A DNA stretch of 64,000 nt, taken from the NCBI GenBank assembly GCA_964016885.1, contig OZ024742.1, positions 144,708,001 to 144,772,000 of the forward strand, written 5' to 3'. Source of the stretch: Eledone cirrhosa. Its lineage: Eukaryota. The position numbers and the translations under genes were made by a program. Below, in pieces: positions 38,668 to 51,266 of the stretch (positions within the stretch are counted from its first letter, which is position 1; every line of letters starts with the position of its first letter). The notes beneath the pieces were generated by a model. That model saw only the letters and a list, made by a program, of their open reading frames with translations. It had not been told where the DNA came from and made no database searches.

Positions 38668-38865
38668 CAGACCTGTCAACTCTCCTCGTCAGACGGGATA
38701 GATATCCCGCCCACTTTGGGGTGGGTGGGAGATGTCTTCTCTTGTGAAAATGGGTATAGCTTTCATTATGTAAAATCTTCCCATTTTACCTCATTTCTCC
38801 CCGCTTTGGGGTACGTTTTTTTCATGGTACTCCCCCGTTTGGGTTTTTAGAGGTTGGCAGGTCTG
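38668..38865. mobile_element. P-like MITE, copy 2 (opposite orientation)
   Basis: TIRs CAGACCTGTCAAC / GTTGGCAGGTCTG; TAACAG duplicated at both flanks; internal homology to copy 1. Confidence 0.65.
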
Positions 38866-39280
38866 TAACAGTCATATATCTCATGTTAAGATATATATGG
38901 ATATATATATATTTATGTACCCATAACACCTTATGGAGTAGCAGGGGCGTTGTAATAACATAGTGATGTCATGGACATTTGTTCAGCTCACCCATCACCG
39001 TTTCTGAACACAGCTGATTTCTTCCAGAGAAGGAGAGAGAAAGAGGAAGTGAGAAAGGGATAAAATCAACTCTAGGAAGGGATTGGTATTTTCTATCGAC
39101 CCCAACATTCCTCTGTACATGGACTTAGGGTGCTAGTTATTCTCCAAGGAAGGAAAAATAAGGTTTCTAATTAAGACAAAAAAAAAAGATATATATGTGT
39201 ATATATGTGTATATATGTGTATATATGGGTAGAGAGTGATAGATAAATGGATAGATAAATTGGTACCTATATATATATAT

Positions 39281-39582
<302 letters not shown>

Positions 39583-41111
39583 AATATATATATATATATA
39601 GTTCATAAATGAAACAATCAAATTACAGGAGGCAACGTTACACAGTTATATTAGATTCACCGCTTGGTAGAAGTGAAGAGAGAGAGGGGGAGTGTGTGTG
39701 TGTGTATGAATTAAAATCATAAGGCACTTCATTACATTGAAATTAAATTTATTCCACATTCTAACATGAAATGAATTGAATTGCTCTGATAGGGATATAG
39801 GAAACAAGTATAATTTTCTTTTGCTGTCCGTATGATGCAAGCTTATGATTATCTCCTGAATATATATTTGTAATAATTAATTTACATTGAAACTTCACAA
39901 CAACAGAAACAGTAAGTGAAACTCGCCTCAATAAGATTATATTTCCAGCATTTGGCAATAGCCAACTTGTTTGTGACAAGAGAAATGTCTACTTTTGGCA
40001 GATGTTCAATTTTAAATGTTCATTTCAGTAGGACTGAGCAATCTGCTTTCAGACATAATACTTCTTATTTCATGATGCTTAAAATCAATTTTTTGGACCA
40101 ATCAACACTGAATGTGTAATTATTAAAGCCTACGAGGAAGTCTTTACATGATCATTGAAGCTGTTAGAAATAGCAGTCATATTTTCCTCAAATCACAGTG
40201 CTAAAACATAAAGGAAGGATATATTAGGTAATGAGGCGGCAAATTCTCAAAATCATTAGAACGTTAGATAGAATGCTTTGTGATATTCGTCCCGGCTATC
40301 TGCGCTCTGAGTTCAAAACCCGAGAAAGTCAACTTTGCCATTCATCCATTCGAGGTGGATAAAAGAAAGTACCAGTCCAGTAGTGGAGTCGATTCCTCTT
40401 CTCTTCTCTACCCCCCCCCCCCAATCCCTCTGTCCCCCCCCCCTCTCTCTTTCTCATTTTCTCCCACCCCCTCTCTCGCTCATTCTCATTTTCATTCCTC
40501 TTTCTCTGGAAGAAATAAGCTGTCTTAAGACCCGGAGAGGCGTTAGGTTCCGCCAATTTTAAAGTGTCCAATACACGCCGCATGTTACAAGCATGCCCCT
40601 ACTACTCCATCAGGTATTACTGGACCATACATTAGATAATGTAATCCCAAATAAAAGAAGACAGAGTGATCATAGTTAAAACGTCTTTTATCATAACTTT
40701 TCTCATAGTAAAGTAAGTATCCACTAAAAATATCTGATATACAATGATATCATATTTTGAAGAAAATATCAAATAATGTCTTCACAAAGCCTGCTACAAA
40801 AAATATAAAAAATTCCAACAAATCACACACACACACACACACACACACACAACACACACACACACACACACCTATATACAAAACACAATGTCATTGACAT
40901 AGCCTCCAGATAATGTAGTTGTAAAGGCTTCGTATACCCATACAGAAATTTTTATGAATTTACTTTATAGAAAATATGTCTTTTCAATTCATAAAATGTA
41001 TAGGTGAAATAATTTCCTTAATAACTTGTAAAATGTAAGTGAAATGAACATTTCAAGCCCGCCGTAGGCACTAGCTGGAAGCGAGTGCAACGGGTTTATC
41101 TCGCGCATGCG

Positions 41112-41145
<34 letters not shown>

Positions 41146-41174
41146 TACACATTTATTATATATATATGTGCATG

Positions 41175-41227
<53 letters not shown>

Positions 41228-41415
41228 GGTTTGTAGGTTCACCACTGGATAGAACTGGTCATTCCATATGGTCAATCTCGATGTAATATTATGGAGAGTA
41301 CTCAACGTAATGCAACTCACCCGTCTTTGTTTGTGTTGTTGGTGGTGTGAGTACGGAGTTACTAATTATAAAATAACAGGAGTCTGGACTGGTGTAATTC
41401 TTTAAAAGGTTTATT

Positions 41416-41473
41416 ATACTATGATCATTTCAATGACCGGGTTCAGTATGAATCCGGTGACATCATCAGGTAT
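41416..41473 (-). ncRNA. Hammerhead-like fold followed by AATAAA
   Basis: - strand: ATAC-CTGATGA-(CCGG/CCGG hairpin)-GAA-ATGATCAT (palindrome)-A-GTAT-AATAAA. The base of stem II is irregular. Confidence 0.6.
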
Positions 41474-41518
41474 TCGAAATATAACAGACAAAATATAATA
41501 GACAAAATTCATGGGGCT

Positions 41519-41788
41519 GAAAATTATTTAGCACACTATATCTGGGATCTTAAGGGGGCTAATATACCATATAGCCTGAATTGGCGTTTAGTAGCACGCT
41601 CTAATAACCTTTCTACACATACTAAATTTTGTAATCTCTGTATCCTCGAGACACACTCTAAAATGTTCTCTAGTGAATCCTTACTTAATAGAAAGTCTGA
41701 GATATTCTCTTCTTGCCCCCACGCTATTTCTAATTCTTACTTTTATTATAAACCTAAAGGTTCTAGTAGTGTAAATTGTATCCATTAG
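41519..41788 (+). pseudogene. C-terminal part of a PLE GIY-YIG endonuclease (no start codon, so absent from the ORF track)
   Basis: Stop-free frame ENYLAHYIWDLK..LNWRLV..FCNLCILE..LLNRKSEIFSSCPH matches the YIW.LK / C.LC.E / LN.RSE..C.H C-terminus I recall from a PLE subgroup. Confidence 0.7.
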
Positions 41789-43467
41789 CTGATATATTCC
41801 ATTACTTATTTTTTTAGTTTAGGTTCCTTTTGTTTACCACCATTATTATCATCATTATTATCATTGGTTTTTGACAACTTTTTATTCTAGCTCTCATAAT
41901 CTCTTGGCTACTATACCATATCTATCTTCTTACACATTAAATTTTCACTATTAACACCTTATGAGTATATATCTGATTATATATTTTATATTATTTTATT
42001 TTATTTCATTTTATTTTATTTTATTTGGATTCTTCTTTGGATAACCCCCCCCCCCCATGCACACATAAACCTATTGCCAACCCCTTCAAATATATTATGA
42101 TTATATTTAATCCCCCCCCCTCTTTTATGCTCCTTTCTATTATATAATACAGTATATTGATTATGATTTTATGCTCCTTTGTATCCTTCATACATTTCTT
42201 TTTTTCTGTCCCTATTAGCCTACCATAATTCTGCTTAAGTCAGTTTTTTAGATATCGTTATGTAAATGATAGTAGAATATTTCATTCCTTTATATATTTA
42301 TTTATAGTGAAATATTAATGTTTAGGAATTTTGATTACTTAAACCATAGCTAATATTGTATTGCCTTATTAGGTATTTTAAATATTTTCAATATTAATTT
42401 ATCAAATAGGGTTTTCTAGTCATTTATCTGGATTGTTTCCTAAGTTTTTACTTAACTGCATGTGAGACCTAAGTAAATACTTTTGTTTTTGTTTTTTAAT
42501 TTCCGGTTGATTTTATTTATTTATTTATTTATTAATACTACTGTGCATAGTATTTTCTGTCTGGCCCTTATTCACTCATTCACATATGTGTCTGTTTACC
42601 AACCTTGTAATTATAAGTAATTATATATTATATTATGTTCATTATTTTATATTGAAGTTGTTATTGTACTATTGATCCTTATTACTTACCGATGATTTTA
42701 TGTACCATTATGATATGTTAAATTTTATATATCATGCAAGATGTTTATATTTTTGTACCATCATAATTTTGGGTATTGTACAATTTATATTTTTTTCTCA
42801 CCTACTCTGTAACTCTATATGAATTGATTTGTTAACTTACATGCAATTATATATTATATATTATTATATTATTATTATAGTATTATTGTGACATCTATAT
42901 TGTTTGTGTAAATTAACCGGAGATTATCTATTATATTATATTATATATTATATAATTATATAGTTTATTATATATTATATGTGTTACTTTTAATCATTTC
43001 ATTACTTCATGTTATATTGTATATTGGATATACGTATTATTATTATTTTTATTCCTATTATGCTTATTTATATTTAAACTCTTAATAAGGTTTAATTTGT
43101 GTTGTTAATGATGGAAATGTGTATTGATGTATATGTATATGTGCGTACGTGTGCGTACATATATACATATGTATATTGTGCCTTTTAATTTTAATTTTAA
43201 TTTTAATATTGTTACAAGTATATTATATTATATTATATTATATTATATTGTATTATATATAGTACTATAATTCCCTGCTCTATATAACCACCTTTAGTTT
43301 TTTTGCTTTGGACTATATTTGTAATATGGTTCAAAATGTTATCCACCTCCTTAGTGATTTTTATTATATATTTTTACCCATAATCTTCCAATACTTTAGT
43401 GTATGTATACTCCATATTCTTCGGAGTTTTCGGCTTGTATTGGCCGATAGTACTTCTTGTGGTTTTG

Positions 43468-43515
43468 ATTGCCCTGATGAGTCCTTAATAGGACGAAACA
43501 TTGTTGGCTAATAAA
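43468..43515 (+). ncRNA. Minimal type I hammerhead ribozyme + AATAAA
   Basis: (ATT)GCC-CTGATGA-GTCCT TAAT AGGAC-GAA-ACATTGT-T-GGC(T)AAT AAA. Confidence 0.8.
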
Positions 43516-43553
43516 AACTTTTGATGTATTGAAGGCTTCTTTGTTTTATTTTC

Positions 43554-43595
<42 letters not shown>

Positions 43596-43596
<1 letters not shown>

Positions 43597-43779
43597 CGAA
43601 GGAAATGTGATAAGGAACCAGATGGACGATAACGCACCAAAGTACTCAATACTTAGGGTAGTAGAGTGGGTAATAGGAACGAGTGGGACCCCGACGGCTG
43701 AGCTCAAGCCGTTTCGACGGATAATTCTGGACTAAAAAGTCGAAACGGCTTGAGCTCAGCCGTCGGGGTCACACTCGTT

Positions 43780-43812
<33 letters not shown>

Positions 43813-43885
43813 CCCACTCTACTACCCTAAGTATTGAGTACTTTGGTGCGTTATGGTCCACCTGGTTCCTTACCACATTTCTTTC

Positions 43886-43887
<2 letters not shown>
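43596..43887. mobile_element. Palindromic (TA)n-embedded element, copy 2 (full arms; right arm split by (TA)n at 43782-43810)
   Basis: ~120-bp inverted arms around a short spacer. Confidence 0.75.
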
Positions 43888-43978
<91 letters not shown>

Positions 43979-44520
43979 TTGTAAAAGAACTCATTACACT
44001 TAATTATATATATATATATATATACATGTTATAGATTAATTGCTATAAGTAATTGTTTTGTCTTGCCTCTTACTCTACGGACAGCGCTATGGCTTGTATC
44101 AGACGTTGTGATTCCGGGTGCACCAAATCATTGGTAGGGGTCGAAACTGCCAGTAGTCCATCTTGACGACTGCAGACCTTGGAGTTCCATGTCTTTCGTT
44201 TGTATATTTATTTTCGAAGATATTTTTTTAAAGGTTTCCTCTTTAAATAAAATATTTCTTTCATTTTGCCTTGTTTTCGTTCATTGTGTTATCTTTGTAA
44301 TTTTCCTAAGTTTATTATTGCTAATCTTTGACGAACGTGTCCTCTCTTCTTCCTCCAATAATTTCAATAGTTTACATTTTTTAACATAACTTACTTTCAC
44401 TTTAGCCGTCACACAAAATACTGTCTACACGTTATAGCTTAATTGCTATAAGTTATTGTCTTTATGTATTTTCTAAAGTTAGTGACCTTTATGTATAATA
44501 TTTATATTATATATATATAT

Positions 44521-44728
<208 letters not shown>

Positions 44729-45593
44729 ACGCGTCTGTGTATACATGCGTAAATGACTGTGTATGTGTGTGTGCTCTTCATATTTTCCACTGTACGCAGG
44801 TAAAAATCATCTTTAGCGTCTTGCACACTTAGAAACATGAAGCGCCAAGTTCTGAGTGGTACAGTCACCTTGTCGTTCACTTAAATATTACAATGCAAAC
44901 CCCAGTGCGTGTATATTTATGTATTTTACTTATCACTCTATCGATTTAAGCTTGAGATATATAATGGACAAATGAGATCATTTGATTCTTTATTAATTCT
45001 CTCAGACAGACATGTTACAATGCTAACTGGTATCTATGTATATATATATATGGACAGTTACCATCACATGTGGAGGCCAACGCTGACAAAAGAAAACTAT
45101 TAATGAAGAACTCAATAAAATAGTGCTTTCGTTCAGGGTGAATTTCCTGTGAGAACTTATGGCTGTGAAGTCACGAGAATAGAAAATTCTCTCATTCATT
45201 TCTGATTGTAAGAGAAACTATTTCTAACGTAGTTCAGAATTATCATGGGTGATATTTAACAGCTTATTAAGAAAGATCTCAATCGTGCCTAACTATGTTG
45301 TTAGGTCATACTATCGCTTTCTATTGCTAGGTATAGATATATACAGAACAGTAAGTCGGCAAAAATCTAAGAATTTTGTCAAAAGGACTTATAGAAATAC
45401 AAAAACAAAAATCCGTTCCATATGTTACTCACTGATCATGATCATATTACACATTACGGTTTCGATTCCTACACCACAAAAGTCGAAGTCGTAATAACTT
45501 TCTCAAAATACTATCACTATTTACATTGGTGATCCTGTGAGTGCGCAGGTGAAACTTTAGAATAACAAAACTCACTAATAGCCATAATAAATT

Positions 45594-45779
45594 AATTGTT
45601 TCTACTTTTTGGCACAAGGCCAGCAATTACCCAGTGCATTACTGGTACTTTATTTTATCGACCCCGTAAGGATGAAAGGCAAAGTTAACCTCAGCGGGAT
45701 TTGAACTCAGATCGTTAAGGGACGTAACTATGCTGGAAAGCATGGCATCCGACCCTCTACCGATACTGCCAATTCACCA
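45594..45779 (-). mobile_element. Full SINE copy
   Basis: Family motifs. Confidence 0.85.
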
Positions 45780-46493
45780 TGTATATATATATATATATGT
45801 TGATTTAAAACTGCACTATCCACAAGTGTTTTTTAACCTTCATATCATATCTTCCTGTTTTATCTGATGAAAACACAAATATTATTGCATGAGGATATTT
45901 GTTTTTGAAATGTGCATAATAAAATACATGGAACTCTTTTAACCATCTTTTGTTCTTATATATAAATATATATATATATATATTGTTATATTTGGGGAGG
46001 GTCATATTTGCGTAATATTGCCAGAATTAATAACAGAACACACTCACTGTTTGGTTGGTTTTCGCTTCTCGCTGTCTTTTATATATATATATCTGCGATC
46101 TAACTTACTCGGTCCTCAATGTTGCCATTGACTGACCGGCGGTCAAAAATAAAATAATACAGATACAATATAGACAAACACATATATATATAGTTTACAT
46201 AAATCTTTCGTTGCACATCTGCAACATCGTCAGTGGTGTTATATTCATTGTTCCTCCTGTTGTGTTGTATGTCTACGCCATTTTTTTTTTTTGTTCAGTC
46301 CGTCTATATATTTATTTATTTGTTTGCTTGTTTGTTTATCTTATTTTATTTTGTCTTCTTTGCGCATGCGTTTGCGTGTGTGATGTGTGACTAGTGTGTA
46401 TAGTGTTGTGTCTGCTGGGTGACTAGTGTGTGTTTATGTGCTTGTGTATGTATTTATTTATCTTATTTTATTTTATTTAATTTACTTATTTAT

Positions 46494-49400
46494 TTATACT
46501 TCTCTTAGGTCAGTGTTGTTTGTTTGGGTGTTGTTGTTGTTCCACTCATTCTTTCTGTTTAGCTTTGGTCTTCTAATTTCTATTTCACTGGCCTCTCTGA
46601 TTTGCCTATCTGCTGGGTCATTCCTATGTTTAGATATTATTCTAATTTCTATGTTGTCTATGTTACCGTCATGATGTTGTCTAGCATGTTCGTATAGTAC
46701 TGACCCGTTTTTTCGTCCTTTTAGTTCCCCCCAGTGTTGGTCTATCCTTTCACCTATGCTACGAGCTGTCTCACCTATGTATGTTGTTGTCGTGTTTCTA
46801 CAAGTACCCTCTGTACATCTTATGCTATAGACTACGTTTCTAGTTTTACAGTTTATCCGGGGGTTCACCTTACATATGATACATTTCCTATTGGTACAGT
46901 GGGTTTTCTTAAAAGGGTAGGTTTTGCTGATCAGGGATTTTATGGTGGTTCCTGGCTTTTCTACCACCTTTATTTTTAAGTGGGTCTTTCTCAGGGCCTT
47001 TCTACACTGGTTAGCTAATTTCCCTCCAGGGGTGGCGTCCACAAACATGACACTCTGATATCTCTGGTTGTCGTACCATGATGTGGCCTTCCCTATCTTA
47101 TGTCTAGCCCTATCTAAGCTATTCCATGATTTGCTCCTGTATAGTGGGCAAATTCCTTTCATGTCCAGTTCTATGAGGGTCTTATACTTTTCCATGGCTC
47201 CTTCGTATACTCTGACTCTGTCTCTTTGGTTGTAGCCAGAGAACTGCATGCGGTTGATGAAGTGTTGGATGTGTCCTTCCATTTCTGTTGGGTCGCACAT
47301 GCTGGACACATTCTTCATCACTCGTACCAAATCTGCGATCAGAATATTAAACTTAGCACTACTGGACATTGCTGAGTTTTTGAGTATCAGGTATTTGGAG
47401 GCCATGGGTTTAGCATAGTGTGAGTGGAGAATTTGGGCTCTCTCGTCTATAGTGTTAATCCAGAGTTCTGTGTCTAATACAGGTAGTCTATTGTTAGGGT
47501 GTTTGGAAGGGAAGTCTATAGTTACAGTTATACTCTGGTGTATGGAATTAGCTATCTGCTGGATGCTTTCCATCGTGCTACGTTCTAAATCAAACTTGTT
47601 AGTGCTCTCTAGTGGGGGTGTTCTTATAACTATATTGATATCGTCTACATAACGAGAGTACATGATGAGGTCTATGGAGCTTTCATTAAGGAGATCTTTA
47701 AGTCTCCTTTCCCACCATACCATGAAAAGGTTGGCAACATCGCCAGCTATGCTGACGCCGATGGCTGCTCCCTCATTTTGGGTGTAGATTTTCTCATTGA
47801 ACTTAAATATGTGGCCCTTTAGGGTAGTTTTGATACTAGCCCCTATTGCATGTGCGACCATTTTTCTTACCTGATCAGTGTTTTGGGGGGTCCGTATAGC
47901 TTTGGTCCACCCAATCCACCTTCCTATGGGAGTCTTTTTAGCCATTGAGGTTATGGTGGGGGGTCTACCTCTTATAGGTCTACTAGGGCAGAAACATCTA
48001 AGGTCATGGCTGTCTAGGTAGTCAGTGTCGTAGGTAAGTCTAAGTAGGAGGCCCAGTTCGTCTGTGTCGACGTCGCAGAACTCCACCTCACTCTCAATGA
48101 TCATCTCCACACATCTTTTCACAGCAAAATCAATGTTAATGGATGGGTACAGTGACACCACATCCATGCTGCCTATTATGCAGTTGGATAGGCTCCTGTT
48201 TTTGTTGCACTCACTGATTCTGCTGAGGAGGTCCTCTGTACTTTCACATACATCTGGGGACATCTTGATTATGGGGCGTATAACCATTGAGAGGAAGTAG
48301 GAGATCCTGTAGTTGCTAGCTATATTAGCTCCGCATACAGGTCTTGTTGGTGGTCCTGTTGTCGGGTCGTCGACTGTCTTGTGGTCTTTGCGGAGCCCAT
48401 ACAAGGGTGGTATGCCATTGTTAGACGCCTGGAAGTTGTTGGCAGTGCGTCTGCTTGGCTTTAGGATGTCAGTCCACATCATCATGTGAGCGTTGAGGAT
48501 TTTTTCTCTCCCATCGTGTGTTAGTTGTGCAACTTCGCTCGTGTTGGTGATGTGGGGTTGCATTGCCTCGATGTAGTTCGGCATGCTATCTATTGACATC
48601 CTACCAGACTTATCTGTGGGTAGACACACTACCTCACCATCCCTTGTGCGCTGCTTGAGGCTAACCAAGCCTTCTACAGGTTTTATCCCAAGTTGTTGGG
48701 CCTCTGGTCTGCTCTGTCTCATAGTGTACCTGTCTACTACTTGTCTAATCTTATTTCTAGCTATGGTGAACTGTGCCTCCGTCTCGTCATCTATTTGTTG
48801 TGGTATGCAAACTCTTTTATTAAAGGGTAACCTCGTAGGATAGATATTACCCATCTTATATGTTTTGTCAGCTGGGTTGAAAAATAGTTTCTCTAAGGGG
48901 TTGTCGTTATTTCTATCGTCATAGTTGTGTGTGTTGCTATTATTATTATCATGGTGGTTGTTGTTGTTTCTATCATTAGCTTTAATATTATTATTGTTAT
49001 GATTGCTAGATGTATTGTTGTTTACTTCACCGTTATTGTTGTTGTTGTTACTGCTATTTCTACCATTGTGGTTGTTACTATTATTATGTTTCTTGTTTTT
49101 GTTGATGTTGCTACATGTACTATTTCCATTATTACCACTGTGGTTATTGTTGTTGTTGTTGTTCGTATTGTTACCGTTATTACTACTGTGGTCACTGTTG
49201 CTGTGTCTGTGGTTAACGTTTCTATTATTATTATTATTGTGGTTGTTGTTGTTCTGTCTATCGCTAGTATTATTACCATTATCACTATTTCTCACTTTCC
49301 TGCCATTGTTATGGTTATGGCTGTTATTTCTATACCCAGAGTTATTGTTTATATTACTACTACCGTTATTATTGTTGTTGTTGTTTACCTTTGCATTCCA

Positions 49401-50126
49401 ACGTATTTTTGTGAAACACTTTTCCAGTTCAGTTTTGCATTCCATAGGGTTAATCTTTTTGTAGATGGCAAATTTTGGTGGTAACTTTAGGATTTGTTGT
49501 TCTTGTTCACTGATTAAAGTGTTCCCATAGATATTTACTGTGTGGTCATTGGTAAATTCTTCCGGTAGTTTTACATCACTCATACGGATGTTGTCGATGT
49601 TATCTGGGTATTTTTGAGAATATTCGATTTTCCTTTCTTGTAGTTTTTTCTTATTCATCCATTCTAATTTCTTCTTGAAATGCCTACAGCATTCGTTTTG
49701 AGCATATTTCGTTTCGCGTCGGATGACGCTCATGAAGTCATCTCTCTCGTTTGCTGTGATGAGATTTCGGATTTCCTTACCGTTGATGCGTTTTTGTCTG
49801 TAGAGTGCGTTGACTTTTGTGTATGTTGTTCTTTTCATATTAACTGTTATTGTGTGTTTTAGCCGTTCAGCTTGTGTTTTGTTCAATAATAAATTATTTA
49901 CTTGTTTTGATATGTTTGTTGTGTATGTTTTGGAGGAAACACAGTGTTTTAAGAAGCGGATTTGTTCTGTTGTTATTGTAGTTTTTATATAACAGAAAAC
50001 AGTGTCTTTCAATAACCTTTCAGCTTGGCACAAGCTAATGCCATAGCGGCGATGAATTAGTTTTGCGAGGTTTTTTATATGAAATCGTGTGTCGAAACAG
50101 ATATTGTTATATTTGGGGAGGGTCAT
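46494..50126 (-). CDS. Intact PLE polyprotein (1210 aa): N-terminal domain, Asn-rich linker, RT, C-terminal GIY-YIG endonuclease
   Basis: TDKSG, LRKDHK, TRPVC, SMDVVSLYPSI, QNEGAAIG, RYVDD, LPVLD, YAKPM; CxxC linker; NVVYSIRC..YIGETAR..R..H; IREA..I..P.LN. A Nematis-like placement is tentative. Confidence 0.93.
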   Translation of the reverse strand: MTLPKYNNICFDTRFHIKNLAKLIHRRYGISLCQAERLLKDTVFCYIKTTITTEQIRFLKHCVSSKTYTTNISKQVNNLLLNKTQAERLKHTITVNMKRTTYTKVNALYRQKRINGKEIRNLITANERDDFMSVIRRETKYAQNECCRHFKKKLEWMNKKKLQERKIEYSQKYPDNIDNIRMSDVKLPEEFTNDHTVNIYGNTLISEQEQQILKLPPKFAIYKKINPMECKTELEKCFTKIRWNAKVNNNNNNNGSSNINNNSGYRNNSHNHNNGRKVRNSDNGNNTSDRQNNNNHNNNNNRNVNHRHSNSDHSSNNGNNTNNNNNNNHSGNNGNSTCSNINKNKKHNNSNNHNGRNSSNNNNNNGEVNNNTSSNHNNNNIKANDRNNNNHHDNNNSNTHNYDDRNNDNPLEKLFFNPADKTYKMGNIYPTRLPFNKRVCIPQQIDDETEAQFTIARNKIRQVVDRYTMRQSRPEAQQLGIKPVEGLVSLKQRTRDGEVVCLPTDKSGRMSIDSMPNYIEAMQPHITNTSEVAQLTHDGREKILNAHMMMWTDILKPSRRTANNFQASNNGIPPLYGLRKDHKTVDDPTTGPPTRPVCGANIASNYRISYFLSMVIRPIIKMSPDVCESTEDLLSRISECNKNRSLSNCIIGSMDVVSLYPSINIDFAVKRCVEMIIESEVEFCDVDTDELGLLLRLTYDTDYLDSHDLRCFCPSRPIRGRPPTITSMAKKTPIGRWIGWTKAIRTPQNTDQVRKMVAHAIGASIKTTLKGHIFKFNEKIYTQNEGAAIGVSIAGDVANLFMVWWERRLKDLLNESSIDLIMYSRYVDDINIVIRTPPLESTNKFDLERSTMESIQQIANSIHQSITVTIDFPSKHPNNRLPVLDTELWINTIDERAQILHSHYAKPMASKYLILKNSAMSSSAKFNILIADLVRVMKNVSSMCDPTEMEGHIQHFINRMQFSGYNQRDRVRVYEGAMEKYKTLIELDMKGICPLYRSKSWNSLDRARHKIGKATSWYDNQRYQSVMFVDATPGGKLANQCRKALRKTHLKIKVVEKPGTTIKSLISKTYPFKKTHCTNRKCIICKVNPRINCKTRNVVYSIRCTEGTCRNTTTTYIGETARSIGERIDQHWGELKGRKNGSVLYEHARQHHDGNIDNIEIRIISKHRNDPADRQIREASEIEIRRPKLNRKNEWNNNNTQTNNTDLREV

Positions 50127-50196
50127 ATTTGCGTAATATTGCCAGAATTAATAACAGAACACACTCACTGTTTGGTTGGTTTTCGCTTCTCGCTGT

Positions 50197-50212
50197 CTTT
50201 TATATATATATA
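50197..50212 (-). promoter_or_regulatory. TATA-box-like TATATAAAAG in the pLTR, ~70 nt upstream of the PLE ATG
   Basis: Position relative to the ATG at 50126; CAGTGAGT (Inr- or splice-donor-like) lies ~30 nt downstream. Inference only. Confidence 0.35.
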
Positions 50213-50613
50213 TCTGCGATCTAACTTACTCGGTCCTCAATGTTGCCATTGACTGACCGGCGGTCAAAAATAAAATAATACAGATACAATATAGACAAAC
50301 ACATATATATATAGTTTACATAAATCTTTCGTTGCACATCTGCAACATCGTCAGTGGTGTTATATTCATTGTTCCTCCTGTTGTGTTGTATGTCTACGCC
50401 ATTTTTTTTTTTGTTCAGTCCGTCTATATATTTATTTATTTGTTTGCTTGTTTGTTTATCTTATTTTATTTTGTCTTCTTTGCGCATGCGTTTGCGTGTG
50501 TGATGTGTGACTAGTGTGTATAGTGTTGTGTCTGCTGGGTGACTAGTGTGTGTTTATGTGCTTGTGTATGTATTTATTTATCTTATTTTATTTAATTTAA
50601 TTTACTTATTTAT

Positions 50614-51264
50614 TTATACTTCTCTTAGGTCAGTGTTGTTTGTTTGGGTGTTGTTGTTGTTCCACTCATTCTTTCTGTTTAGCTTTGGTCTTCTAATTTC
50701 TATTTCACTGGCCTCTCTGATTTGCCTATCTGCTGGGTCATTCCTATGTTTAGATATTATTCTAATTTCTATGTTGTCTATGTTACCGTCATGATGTTGT
50801 CTAGCATGTTCGTATAGTACTGACCCGTTTTTTCGTCCTTTTAGTTCCCCCCAGTGTTGGTCTATCCTTTCACCTATGCTACGAGCTGTCTCACCTATGT
50901 ATGTTGTTGTCGTGTTTCTACAAGTACCCTCTGTACATCTTATGCTATAGACTACGTTTCTAGTTTTACAGTTTATCCGGGGGTTCACCTTACATATGAT
51001 ACATTTCCTATTGGTACAGTGGGTTTTCTTAAAAGGGTAGGTTTTGCTGATCAGGGATTTTATGGTGGTTCCTGGCTTTTCTACCACCTTTATTTTTAAG
51101 TGGGTCTTTCTCAGGGCCTTTCTACACTGGTTAGCTAATTTCCCTCCAGGGGTGGCGTCCACAAACATGACACTCTGATATCTCTGGTTGTCGTACCATG
51201 ATGTGGCCTTCCCTATCTTATGTCTAGCCCTATCTAAGCTATTCCATGATTTGCTCCTGTATAG
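50614..51264 (-). pseudogene. Duplicated 3' portion of the PLE ORF (GIY-YIG domain)
   Basis: Protein identical to the C-terminus of 46494-50126. Confidence 0.9.
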
Positions 51265-51266
51265 AG

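Larger units (their letters stand above)
41226..43556 (+). mobile_element. 5'-truncated Penelope-like element (GIY-YIG C-terminus, ~1.7-kb AT-rich 3' UTR, HHR) preceded by an inverted HHR cassette of different sequence; flanked by (TA)n
   Basis: See the component features; (TA)n lies at 41178-41224 and 43556-43595. Confidence 0.7.

Noticed and set aside
46494-50126. Group II intron maturase, retron or telomerase-type RT; also Naiad/Chlamys PLE
   Set aside because: The C-terminal GIY-YIG and pLTR structure define a canonical-order PLE. Naiad/Chlamys have an N-terminal endonuclease, and there is no in-frame UGA.
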